A DNA stretch of 64,000 bases from Octopus sinensis (taxonomy: Eukaryota). Positions 37,960 to 49,523 of the stretch are shown one piece after another. The notes beneath the pieces were generated by a model, which saw only the letters and a list, made by a program, of their open reading frames with translations, was not told the origin of the DNA and did no database searches. Position 1 is the stretch's first letter, and each line of letters starts with the position of its first letter. The translations under genes were made by a program, and so were the position numbers. The stretch spans positions 34,483 to 98,482 of the forward strand of contig NW_021832835.1 in assembly GCF_006345805.1 (NCBI RefSeq). Direction: 5' to 3'.

Positions 37960-38370
37960 AGGTACACATATGAGGGTACAGGACGTCATAAAACGTAAAC
38001 AACATGAAATACGAAAATAAAGTTGTGTACGCAAAGAACGAGAGAAACAAAGGGAAAGCAAGACAAGTAACATGAAAAACGACCCTTCATCAGTTGTCGG
38101 CTGTCCTTCTACTCCTTATTTCGAGCAATGTATGTTTGACCCTCCGCAAATCCCAAATTTTATTTTGGTTCGTGGTAGTAACTGCCTTCAAAGTCGTTCA
38201 TTGTTCGAAATAAGGAGTAAAAGGACAACCGACAACTGATGAAGGGTCGTTTTTCATGTTACTTGTCTTGTTTTCCGTTTCTATCTCTCGTTCTTTGCGT
38301 ACTCTATTTTCTTATCTCATGCTGTTTACATTTTTATGACGTCCTGTACCCTATATGCGTACCTATGTAT
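37960..38370. repeat. Imperfect inverted repeat, ~170-bp arms, ~70-nt spacer, within a Penelope-pLTR-like repeat
   Basis: gtacaggacgtcataaaa..aagacaagtaacatgaaaaacgacccttcatcagttgtcggctgtccttctactccttatttcgagcaatg versus its reverse complement from ~38199. Confidence 0.85.
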
Positions 38371-38565
38371 GGATGGTTGGCGATTTTCTCTCCCCGTCTT
38401 CCCTTCTTTGGACTGTTTCTATATTTCTAATGAAGAGCTCCGCTCGGAACGTGAAGTCCTCTTTCTTTTCTTTCCTTTCCTATGTGTCCAATAACACTAC
38501 TTATTCCACGTCCTCACGTTGTTGTTTTTCCTTGCTTGTTCATATTTGGATTGACTATATATATA

Positions 38566-38764
38566 GTCTGGGGAGAGTCATTCTCTTTTAGTGCCTTATT
38601 ATTTAACACACTCACAGGTAAAATTCTCTTGAGAGTCAAGACTATTGAAAAGGTTGCAAGACGCAACAAAAATTTTAGAAAATAAAAAATAAGAAATAAG
38701 TGGAAATTTTACCGGTGAGTGTGTTAAATTATAAGGCACTAAAAGAGAATGACTCTCCCCAGAC
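38566..38764. repeat. Inverted repeat, ~60-bp arms, ~77-nt spacer
   Basis: gtctggggagagtcattctcttttagtgccttat.atttaacacactcac.ggtaaaatt versus its reverse complement at 38703-38764. Confidence 0.9.
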
Positions 38765-39334
38765 ATAACAGAATATGCTTCAACACACGAACTCATATAA
38801 AGAATCTTGCAAACCAAATCCAAAACGAAATATAAATATATATATATATAAATAAATATATACCTATAAACATTCTTTTATCCTTTTATTTTTCTCATTG
38901 CTTTGCGGCTAAGCTGGAGCACCACCTTGAAAATTTTACTCAATTAAATCTAGCCTTGTCTAGATTTTTGAAGTCTAGTACTGGTTCTTCCAATTTCTAT
39001 TGCCGTACCTTTAAGTTATGGGAATGTCAATAAACGAACAACGGTGGACAGTTGGTGGAGGTGATGGTGGTGGATAAACACAATGACATGCGCATTAATA
39101 TACGTGTTGGAAATAATAGTAACTCGATAGTAAACTTACAGATGTGATGTCATTGGATAAAGAACAAAAATATAGAAGAAAAAAAAATTAAATGCTAACG
39201 GGGAAAAAAAATAAAAAAGCAAATTTGAAGACAAATTGAAAATAATATTTGTGGAAGGAAAATAAGAAGCGTAAAATGTAATTCTTAGTCTGAATGTTAT
39301 TAAACGACATTAGGGTTAGTAAAGTGAAAAATGG

Positions 39335-39691
39335 AAGGAGAGAGAGAGAGAGAGGGGGAGAGAAGGAGAGAGAGAGGGAGAGGGGGAGAGAAGGAGAGAC
39401 AGAGGGAGGAAGAGAGAAGGAGAGAGGGGGCAGAGAGAGAGGGAGGGAAAGAGAGAAGGAGAGAGAGAGAGGGAGACAGAGAGAGAGACTGAGGGAGGAA
39501 GAAAGAATGAGAGAGAGGGGGACAGAGAGAGAGGGAAGGAGAGAGAAGGAGAGAGAGAGGGGACAGAGAGTGAGAAAGGGAGAGAGAGAGAAGGAGAGAG
39601 GGTGGACAGAGAGAGAGAAAGGGAGGGAGAGAGAAGGAGAGAGAGAGAGAGAGAGAGGGGGACAGAGAGAAAGCGAATCGATAATGAAGGG

Positions 39692-39728
<37 letters not shown>

Positions 39729-39735
39729 GGAGAGA
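39335..39735. repeat. Purine-rich (GA/GGA) low-complexity tract, ~400 bp
   Basis: Direct inspection. Confidence 0.9.
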
Positions 39736-39959
39736 ACATAACAAAGAGTTAGAGAAAACCGGATAAGCATCAATTGGATTTGATTTAGTTGAAAGAAATA
39801 AGAGGAGGGTGATGGGGGAGGGGGTGGGGGTCAGTTAATGCATTAATTTCAAAGTTGGAATGGAATGCATTAGGCGTAGAGAAAACGTCTTGAGCTCGTG
39901 GCTGGTTGCTATTAGTGATTAGTTTGCTAGTGGATTCTTGTATGAGTGTATGAGTGTAT

Positions 39960-40128
39960 GATGGCGTGGCTGTGTGGAAATAATAGTAATGGTTGCTTCC
40001 CAACCACATGGTTCTGAGTTCAATCCCATTGCGTGGCAACTTGGGCAACTCTCTCCTCCTATAGCCTAGAGCCGACGAAAACCTTGTGAATGGATTTGTT
40101 TGAGGGAAACTGAAAGAAGCCAGTCGTG

Positions 40129-40130
<2 letters not shown>
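39960..40130 (+). mobile_element. SINE family A, 5' half (diverged)
   Basis: ggcgtggctgtgtgg..cccaaccacatggttctgagttcaatcccattgcgtggcaacttgggcaa..gaaactgaaagaagcc. Confidence 0.8.
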
Positions 40131-40166
<36 letters not shown>

Positions 40167-40169
40167 ATA

Positions 40170-40520
40170 TTTTACTTGTTTCAGTCATTTGACTGCGGCC
40201 ATGCTGGAGCACCGCCTTTAATCGAGCAACTCGACCCCGGGACTTATTCTTTGTAAGCCCAGTACTTATTCTATCGGTCTCTTTTGCCGAACCGCTAAGA
40301 TACCGGGACATAAACACACAAGCATCGGTTGTCAAGCTAGGGGGACAAACACAGACACACAAACACACACGCACACACACATATAAACATATACACGACG
40401 GGCTTCTTTCAGTTTCCATCTACCAAATCTACTCACAAGGCTTTGGTCGGCCCGAGGCTATAGTCGAAGACACTTGCCCAAGGTGCCACGCAGTGGGACT
40501 GAACCCGGAACCATGTGGTT
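40170..40520 (-). mobile_element. SINE family A, nearly full length
   Basis: Consensus match; oriented opposite to 39960-40130 and 41545-41790. Confidence 0.9.
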
Positions 40521-40628
40521 TAAAAATCAAAATCAAAATGAGGGTGAAAAATTGGATATTAATTTAATAACATCAATTTAACACCAGTGGTCTAGTGCAT
40601 AAAAATCAGATTCAGTAAATAGTATTTT

Positions 40629-40890
40629 ATACATAAATATAAGCGGGGAACCACTATGTGGAAGCCGTTACGCTAGAAAGAGATCCGCATAGGTCTCAAC
40701 CTATATTACTCTATATTTTTGTTATTTAATCTATTAATCTATATTTTTGTTATTTTTCATTTGTCTTGCTCGCTTATGTTTCTGGTGTGCTAAATTTTCT
40801 GGAGAACAATTCTTAGTGGTTGAGACATATGCGGATCTCTTTCTAGCGTAAGTGCTTCCACATAGTGGTTCCCCTCTTATATTTATGTAT
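40629..40890. repeat. Fold-back element, ~73-bp arms, 116-nt spacer (same family as 31871-32292)
   Basis: atacataaatataag.ggggaaccactatgtggaagc..tacgctagaaagagatccgcata.gtctcaacc versus its reverse complement at 40818-40890. Confidence 0.88.
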
Positions 40891-41544
40891 ATATCTCTCT
40901 CATTCTTCATTTTTTCTGGTTTCCTCACAACCATTCCCTTTTTTCTCTCCCTTTCTCTTGCTCCTCCTCCTCCCTCCCGTCGTTGACTCGCGACGAGAGT
41001 TCTGCTACTGTCTTTCTGGCCTGACTCCCTTGAAGTGTGGACGGCATTTTCTGTTGCTCCTTCGCCGTTCTCAAAAATAGCGTTCGTAATACTTTTTCTC
41101 GTTCGGTTTAACAGCACTTCTTGTCTTGTTATTCTCCTTGTCCTGTCTTTTACTGTTTATATTTTATACTGTCGTTACTGTCCTGTTTTTGTTACCATTT
41201 TTACCCCTCCGCAAAAAGATCTCAAATTTTATTTAATTTTGCTTTTCGCGGGAAGGAAAGTTTCTATCGAGGATGCGTATCGCCTTCACCTTCGAAACGC
41301 AGAGTAGATGAATAGGGGAATTTTCCTTGTGTTATTTGTCCTGTACTCTATTTTTTTGTTGTTTAAGAAAAATGTCCAGTTCCTTGGTTTTGTGTTTATG
41401 TTTTCGTTTCTCATTGTATTCGACGTTTTTTTTGGTGTCCTGTACCCATATATGCGTCTATATATACATGTAGAGGTAGGTACGTACATATATGTATGTA
41501 TATATGCATATGTTCTATTTATTAATTTATTGTATATATATATA

Positions 41545-41790
41545 TATATACACGACGGGCTTCTTTCAATGGAGGATTTTGTGTCTGTGTTTGTCCCCAC
41601 CACCGCTTGACAACCGGTATTGGTGTGTTTACGTCCCTGTAACATAGCAGTTCGGCAAGAGAGACTGATAGAATAAGTACCAGGCTTAAACAAAATGACT
41701 GGGGTCGATGCATTTCACTAAAATTCATATCTAGGTGGTGCCCCATCATGGGCGCAGTGCAATGGCTGAGACAAGTAAAGGATAAAAGAT
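41545..41790 (+). mobile_element. SINE family A, 3' half preceded by an inverted internal piece
   Basis: gtttgtccccaccaccgcttgacaaccgg..gttcggcaagagagactgatagaataagtacc..gtgccccatcatgg. Confidence 0.75.
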
Positions 41791-41942
41791 AAAAGCGATA
41801 TATATATAGACACACACACACATACACACATATATATATATATGAACATACACATACACGCATATGGTCTGTATGAATATATATATTTATGTATATGAAT
41901 ACCTGTGTGTATAAATGTATGTGTGTGTGTGTGCAGCTAGAT

Positions 41943-41987
<45 letters not shown>

Positions 41988-42981
41988 AGGAGAAAGGAGT
42001 GAATATATTAAGCATTGCAACTGATGATTCTGTTGGTTGCTTGGTAACGTTAAAATGTCGTCACGCAATTTTAAATGGAATCAGTCGACAGTACAATTAT
42101 TTTCGCGAAGATATATTTATGTAAAATGTAACTGGACACCACCGGATGCTAACAAAGCATTCTTCCTGTTATATACTGTCAATGGTCCTTCGTCAGTTCA
42201 ACACTGCAAAGCATAGCGCTATTCTCTCGTCAAAGCTTCAGTACGATATTCTGTACGAAACATAACACGATCAGGGTATCATTCTTGCGAAAATTTCGTC
42301 ATTCTGTCACTCACTCTCTCGGACATTCCACCAAGCATTCTATCAAACGTCAGACGTTCTTTGACATTGTATCAGATATCTACGAAGCATTTTATTAGAT
42401 GTTGGAGTTTCTCGCAACTTTTAGCTCTTCTTGTGGGTAATCAGTTTGCAATTGAGTGTGCTCTTTTTGCTATCCCCAAACACCACTTCTATCCCCAAAT
42501 TTCACTTCTATCCTCAAACATCACTTCCCGTTCCTGAGAACTATAGTGATATGCTTGTTCGCAAACGATAAGCATCGCCGCCACATCGCTGATGCTCCGC
42601 TGCAAATCAGCTCCCTATTTCTGTGTCTTCAAAAGCCTTTAATGGCACTTTCTTCGTTGTTTTGGTTTTGTTTACTTTTTGAGTGCCCGCTCCTGTGTTG
42701 CTTTGCTAGACAGGGCATATAGACAGGCGTTAGTTAATTTGCCTGAATGAAGGTTCCTTACACTGCTGTAACTGATCCTCTTCCATTTCATTTACAGCTT
42801 TTAATTATTGTACCTGTTGGGCTTTTACTTTGATAGAGAATACTCCCTCTGCTAGAGAAAGTACTTTAAAGCCAAAACTATTTTTCTTGAAAATTTTACT
42901 ATGGGCATATTTCATCGATATATAACTGACTGTCATTACTACATCGCTGCGGTTGAGCCTGCTATTTACTATACCTGTAAA

Positions 42982-43214
42982 GGCGGCAAGCTGGCAGAAA
43001 CGTCAGCACGCCGGACGAAATGCTTAGCGGTATTTCGTCTGCCTCTACGTTCTGAGTTCAAATTCCACCGAGGTCGACTGTGCCTTTTATCCTATCGGAG
43101 TCGATAAATTAAGTACCAGTTACGCACTGGGGTCGATGTAATCGACTTGATCCGTTTGTCTATCCTTGTTTGTCCCCTCTGTGTTTAGCCTCTTGTGGGT
43201 AGTAAAGAAATATA
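42982..43214 (+). mobile_element. Full SINE family B with alternative tail ending gcctcttgtgggtagtaaagaaata
   Basis: Head ggcggcaagctggcagaaacg, B box gagttcaaattcc, body as at 26018-26226, different 3' tail. Confidence 0.9.
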
Positions 43215-43239
43215 TTTACCATACCTGTAGTAAAGAGAC

Positions 43240-43760
43240 GTTGATCAGTTGCTTCAGCCTGTAACGTAGTTTCGCTGAAAGGCGATTTAGTATATGTTGG
43301 AATGTTGCTAATTGCGAAATCACGTATTGTTCCAACATCGTCCACGTTTTCGTTTATACTGTTTGGGAGAAGGTTAATTTTAGATCTTTTTTTTTAAATG
43401 ATGTTACTTTTACTAACTTTCTTCCTATGTTTCACAAATGCTGCTTGTTGGCGTATCTGTTTCGCAGTAAAATGATTTAGTTCCAGGTATAGATCGTCCC
43501 AGTATGATTTCAATCTGTTCATGTATACAACAACAAGGTTTTGTTTCGCTCTTTTATTACAGTTAAATAAATCAGTATTCAATTCCTAACCCCAAGGAAA
43601 ATGTGTTTTGTAATTACGGCTTCTATAATTACAGCTAGAAAGAATCTGTTTATCCGTTGAACTGTTGTTGTTTTCGTTCTGCTCCTCGGATGTGTTGGTG
43701 TTGTGTCCAGCCATGTTTGTAGTAACTCTCTGGATGGTAAATTCAAGTTTCAGTTGAAAA
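43240..43760 (-). mobile_element. R4/Dong-like ORF N-terminal fragment
   Basis: PWG*ELNTDLFNCNKRAK..VYMNRLKSYWDDLYLELNHFTAKQIRQQA resembles the W..E.N..L..C / GY..R....W / Q.L..Q N-terminal block of R4-clade ORFs. Confidence 0.5.
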
Positions 43761-45132
43761 TCACTACGATTTTGAATGAAGGGCTCTCTCGGTTAATTGA
43801 AACGAAGATTAACCAGTTATTTAACAGACAAAGCTGGAGATAAATATTCATCGTATTTTCGACACAGTTTCCCACGTCAAATACTCGACTTGTCGCTTCG
43901 AGTGTGGTAATGTGTATGTATGTATGTATGTATGTATGTATGTATGTATGTATGTATGTATGTATGTATGTATGTATGTATATATGTTTGTATGTATGTA
44001 TGATTGTATGATTGTATGTATGTATGATTGTATGTTTGTATGTATGTATGTATGTATGTATGATTGTATGATTGTATGTATGTATGTATGTATGTATGTA
44101 TGATTGTATGTATGTATGTATGTATGTATGTATACATCTGTCTGTCTGTCTGTCTACCTGTCTGTCTGTCGAAACACTGGGTCTCGAAGCACATCACATA
44201 ATAACATGTAAATAGTGGGTTGAAAAACCCTTTTAAATTGAGAAAGCAAACGGCTCCTATTATTCATAGCTTTATGCGATATGCCTCGAGAGCCAATGTT
44301 CCAAAAATGAATTATTTCACGTTCTCTCGAAAGTATGAATTTTTAAAATAAATTTTCGAAATAGTTCTTTCCTGTTTATATTATTCCAACTCTCTTCCCT
44401 CTGCCAGCATCTTCACCATTGCACTTATTTACCTCGCTTTTATAGAATTTTAACAATTTTTATAACCCCTCAACCCTTCGCGTACCTTGTTTGTGCTGAT
44501 GTGTGTCTTCTTCGTTATAAGTCCCCTTCTTCATCCCCTCGCCTTCTCTCATCACTCTTTAATCAACTTGGTCCTCACCACTTCCACTCCATTTCAACTG
44601 ACTCTATTCTTGCGACGAACTTTTACCATAACGTCTCTCAAATCACCTCCTCTCACTGCGTGCATCCCCCACACTGCTTCTACTGTCCTTTTACCTCTCT
44701 CTCTCTCCCCCAAACCTTCACATTGCCCTCACACTTTCTCCTTTCTGTTATCATACTATTCGCGTCTATATTCTTTCTCGCCGAAAAAGTGTGAGAATCG
44801 GAAGCAGGTTTTTTTCTTCCCATTCTTTGTCTCAAATAAACTCACTCTAATCTAATTTTTTTGCTACGAGCTTTTGTGAATTAACTTTTACCGACATAGA
44901 TTCCGAATCTTAATCTATTTTTTTCTGGTCACTGACAAAAACATGTGAACTGCGGTATCTGTTAACCATGAAGGAATTTTTTTCTCCCAATGCTTTCAAT
45001 TTAGATTTAGAAATTAATGCATTAACAGTTCGCAGTGTTCTGTTGCCCAGCTTCTCTTTCCCTTAGCCAAATCGAATAAAGTTCAATTTTATCCGCTTAT
45101 TCCATCCTATTCTACTTCTGCTGTTTTTATTT

Positions 45133-45176
<44 letters not shown>

Positions 45177-45689
45177 TCCCTTTATCTCTCCTGTCTCTCT
45201 TCCCGTCTTTGTCCCCCGTCTCCCTCCTCCGTCTCTTTCCCTCCTCTCCTCCCCTCTCTCTCTAGAAACAAAGAGAAAACATCGGAAAAAAAGTGTTATG
45301 CAAAGCACTTTATTACCTTACAGCTGTTTCTGCAGTAAGATGTGGTGGCCGCTTTGTTGTGTGCCCGGGTAGCATTCTATAGCTTCACCAGAGCCTTGAA
45401 TATGAAGTGCACTTTGTTTGGAAAAGTTACAGTTTCAGAACATACAGGTGTTATGAGTGAGGAAGTTTATGTTGAGGGCTACGGAGAGTTCTGTCCCCAG
45501 GTAGAAAATATACGCATGCGCTTAGTGTAGAATTAAAAAAGAAGGGAGAGTAGAGATATGCATACACGTGCATATACATATATACGCATACACAGGCGCA
45601 CACAAACATACACACACACACATACATGCATATATATTTATGTATGTGTTTAAGTATATCTACATATATGTATGTGTATGTATATATAC

Positions 45690-45759
<70 letters not shown>

Positions 45760-45851
45760 ATGTAAACAGTAAATTAAATAGTGAGATACAATTGACAATC
45801 CAATTATTTGTAACATAATATATTATGAATATAATTTAACATAAACAATTA

Positions 45852-45992
45852 TAAGGTTGTCCCAAAAGTTCGTAGAAAGTCTTGGAAAATAATGGTCTTT
45901 ATTTTGAGGAATAATTTTTGTTGTTTTTGTTAGTACTTGGCGAGTAAAAATTCAATTTTCGCAAGTGTTTACGAACTTTTGGGACAACCTAA
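45852..45992. mobile_element. mariner-derived MITE (141 bp), TA TSD
   Basis: Ends ta|taaggttgtcccaaaagttcgta ... tacgaacttttgggacaacctaa|ta; ~23-bp TIR with the TTAGGTTG mariner signature. Confidence 0.85.
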
Positions 45993-47283
45993 TATTAAAA
46001 AACCAAAAAGCCGACTTATATATATTTTTGATATATAAACAATTCCATTCCCTTATAGAAGATAGATGAAATTCCGTGCGAAAGGACGGCTGGATTGTTT
46101 AAAAAATCAATTCAAACGCCTATGTATTATGGGCGTTAGCCATTCAACTACATAGCAATTACAATTAAAAACAACAGAACTATAACGGACAAAATAATTA
46201 AGTAAGTAGAGTCTACAACTATCGAAATATATGTCTATATAGCTGAAATAATATCTGTTCAAACTCGTTTATGTTGAAGACCATCTTTCGCTATTATAAT
46301 AACATATAGCAGTAATATACAGGTATATAATTAAGTATCAGGGTCTTACTTAATTTGGAAACTTATAAAGCGTGTGAAAAATATAAATGATAATTATTTT
46401 TTTAATATATAATAACTGTTCTATTTGTTTAAAAGTATTTCTATAAAAAAGATTGTTTAAAGTAACTGATACAAATGTTCTTTATTTATTGTTTATTTAG
46501 AGCTACAAACACTATTACAAAAATACCCCAAAGATATAGATTGAGGCTTTAATAATGGATATCAAAATATTACTAGTTTTTTTTTTAGAAGTAACGAGAT
46601 TTGGAGTTAATTAAATAAGGGTTATTATTCGTTTATTATTGAAGGGAGAACTCAGTAAATAAAAATTAACTATACTAAACAAGGGTTGAGTATTGGTCCT
46701 CGATAAATATAATTAATATTATTATTTAACTAAAGGAATATTTATAGTATTTATCCGCATTTTATTAATTCTTTCATAAGTAACAAAATAATATTGTTGT
46801 AATAAGAATACAAGTTATAAACTATACAATACTGTAATAATTATTTTTGTGGTTATTAAATTTAGTAAGTAAAATAAAGATATTTATTATTATCGTTATT
46901 GTTATAATTATCATCAATTAATTAATAAATTAAATGAATGTATTTATACATATAATTATTTTGTATAATGAAGACATCTTATATGTAATATGTAATTAAT
47001 ATTAAATTACTTATATAATGGTGTATTTTGCAGTAACTACAAGAATATGCGCTAAAAAGATTCAAAATTCTAAATTAATCCACCAAAAAATAAATTTTCC
47101 AAATTTAACATTATACAGATTAAGATGACAGAACTTCGATACACACCACACACACACAGACACTCTCTCACACACACACACACACACTTATACATACTAT
47201 ATATGATATCACATTCATATGCATACATACACACACATATATATAACACACCCCTTTGAAGGAATTCTTTTCCTTAGATTGTT

Positions 47284-47334
<51 letters not shown>

Positions 47335-47473
47335 CAATATATATATATATATTAGATATATATAATATATATAATATATATATAGTATATATATATGTAT
47401 TATATATATATTTATATATATATATATATAATATATATATACATATATATATATATGTATATATAATATATAT

Positions 47474-47505
<32 letters not shown>

Positions 47506-47778
47506 AACATCATTACTGCTTACACTGAAGAAGAATGGTTTCTGTAGAACCATGAGCAAGCAGAGCGGAAGAAATTGAATTCTCCGATCCAGTGCCCTTA
47601 TTAGAGCACACATTGACAATATTGATGTTATCATGGAGAACTAATGTGGCAAGACTGATAAGAATAGGGAAAATGCAGCAACACCCAGAGGTCTCCCTGA
47701 TTCAGTGGAAAGGAGAAAAGGAAAAGTTCAAGAAAGAAAAAAAAAGCAATCGCCAACAGTACTTGTGTGTAATTACAT

Positions 47779-47832
<54 letters not shown>

Positions 47833-47931
47833 ATATATATATATATAATATATATATGTATATATATTGATAAAACGGTAAGATAACAAAAGAAAGAAAG
47901 AGACCTCAATATTATGTAAATAGAGGAAATT

Positions 47932-48118
47932 TATCTATACAATATGTTACATTACTCGGTAGTCAAGATAAAACTCTGAGTTTCAGATGCCGAAGTGGAA
48001 ATCCACAACACCATCTCTTCGGTTTAACCGAAGAGATGGTGTTGTGGATTTCCACTTTGGCATCTGAAACTCAGAGTTTTATCTCGACTACCGAGTAATG
48101 TAACATATTGTATAGATA
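47932..48118. repeat. Near-perfect palindrome, 93-bp arms, 1-nt centre (48025)
   Basis: Two mismatches (both A/G transitions); flanked by (TA)-rich sequence. Confidence 0.96.
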
Positions 48119-49242
48119 TATGTATATATATATATATCCTCAATTTAACATTCATAGATGACTAAAAAAACTTCACTGCAAACTTAAAATTGAATTCTTC
48201 TTTTTTCTAAAATTAAACTGTGTGAATCTAAATAGTTGGAATCCTAAATAATATGAATCCCAAATAGTATGAATACTAAATAGTATGAATCCTATATCCC
48301 CAAAGACACTATTCGGTTCACCTTGATTATCTCACTTCCATTTCTTAATATATAATTAGTCTAAGATATCTTTACAAAATATATTTAACCAAATAGGAAC
48401 GAATATACCATACTGGTTTTAGTTTAATACTCATAAATAATTAAAAAAACTTCATTATAAACTTAAAATTAAATTCTTCCTTTTATAATGTTCTCCAATA
48501 CTAAGTGGTATTAATCCTATGTCCCTAGGGTAATTATTTGGTCCATCCTGATTATCTCACTCTCATTTCTTAATATATAATTAACCTAAGATATTTTTAC
48601 CTAACTAATTAACTTTTATCCACAGGTAGTAAATTTTATCCCCAATAGTTCCTATTTTTAATTCATTAATATCAACTCACTATCCATGAATTTTGAATAA
48701 TTTACTCTTCTAAATTACTTCCCCTCATAATTATCACATTTCTCTAAATCTATGTAAATCTTCCTTCTTTGATTTTTCCTCTTCCATCTTTCTTAGTATA
48801 TATTTTGACCAAAAATAGGTTCACCTGATTAATAAGGCTTTCCCCCGGTTAAAATGTACTATGCCTACTCATAATAAGTGATAGTCTTTTTTTTTCTTCT
48901 CTAAATTGCATTCTCTGTGAATGTGATTGTGATCAATTTACATTGACCTAGTTCTCTCATCAAATAGTAGTAATTGGCATTTAGTAGCGACAATGGCTGT
49001 CTTCAACATGAATTCCTTTTATGGAGTTCTGAAACCCCCTTTACCCCATTTCTACAATCAGAAAATCTTTATTGCTTTCAACCTTTCAGCAGTCTAGAAC
49101 AACCAAATCTTAGTTAGTCGGTGGAGGGACTCCACTACCTCATATGTTCTTAAAATTTAAATCCACATCTTTGTCTAAATATCTACTTTCTATATAATGT
49201 TACTACTTGATTTGAAATTTTTGTATTAATGGAAAACCTCTA

Positions 49243-49335
49243 TAATTGGCTGATGAGTACTCAGCATCTTAAATCTGTTGTAATACTTACAACATTTAAT
49301 AAAATAATGTTGTACGAAACGATCGTACCAAATTA
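49243..49335 (+). ncRNA. Type-I hammerhead ribozyme with canonical core and palindromic helix III
   Basis: taattgg-CTGATGA(49250-56)-gtac..51-nt loop..gtac-GAA-ACGATCGT-A(49327)-ccaaatta. All core nucleotides are present, with G10.1-C11.1 and a GUA triplet. Stem I has 7 bp with one bulge. Confidence 0.8.
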
Positions 49336-49463
49336 CCGGAGTCATTCTTGTTGCTTACTTTGATTATAATCGCCCCACGGATTTTTATGGATAACACCAT
49401 AAAAAATTCTGGTGCATCTAAATTAAGTACCATGTTCATTTGAATCTAAATTTTTGCTGAACT

Positions 49464-49523
<60 letters not shown>

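Noticed and set aside
38199-38260. GAAA..CTGATGA as a type-II hammerhead
   Set aside because: Stems I, II and III do not pair in that topology.
45324-45500. Exon-like unique block with AG and GT boundaries
   Set aside because: All three frames from the best acceptor contain stops, and no recognisable domain appears on either strand.
46000-47130. Extremely AT-rich tract as a possible mitochondrial insertion
   Set aside because: No recognisable mitochondrial gene, rRNA or tRNA motif; more likely decayed repeat.
47525-47560. CTGAAGA plus atggtt/aaccat hairpin
   Set aside because: Followed by GAGC rather than GAAA, with no helix III or stem I partner.
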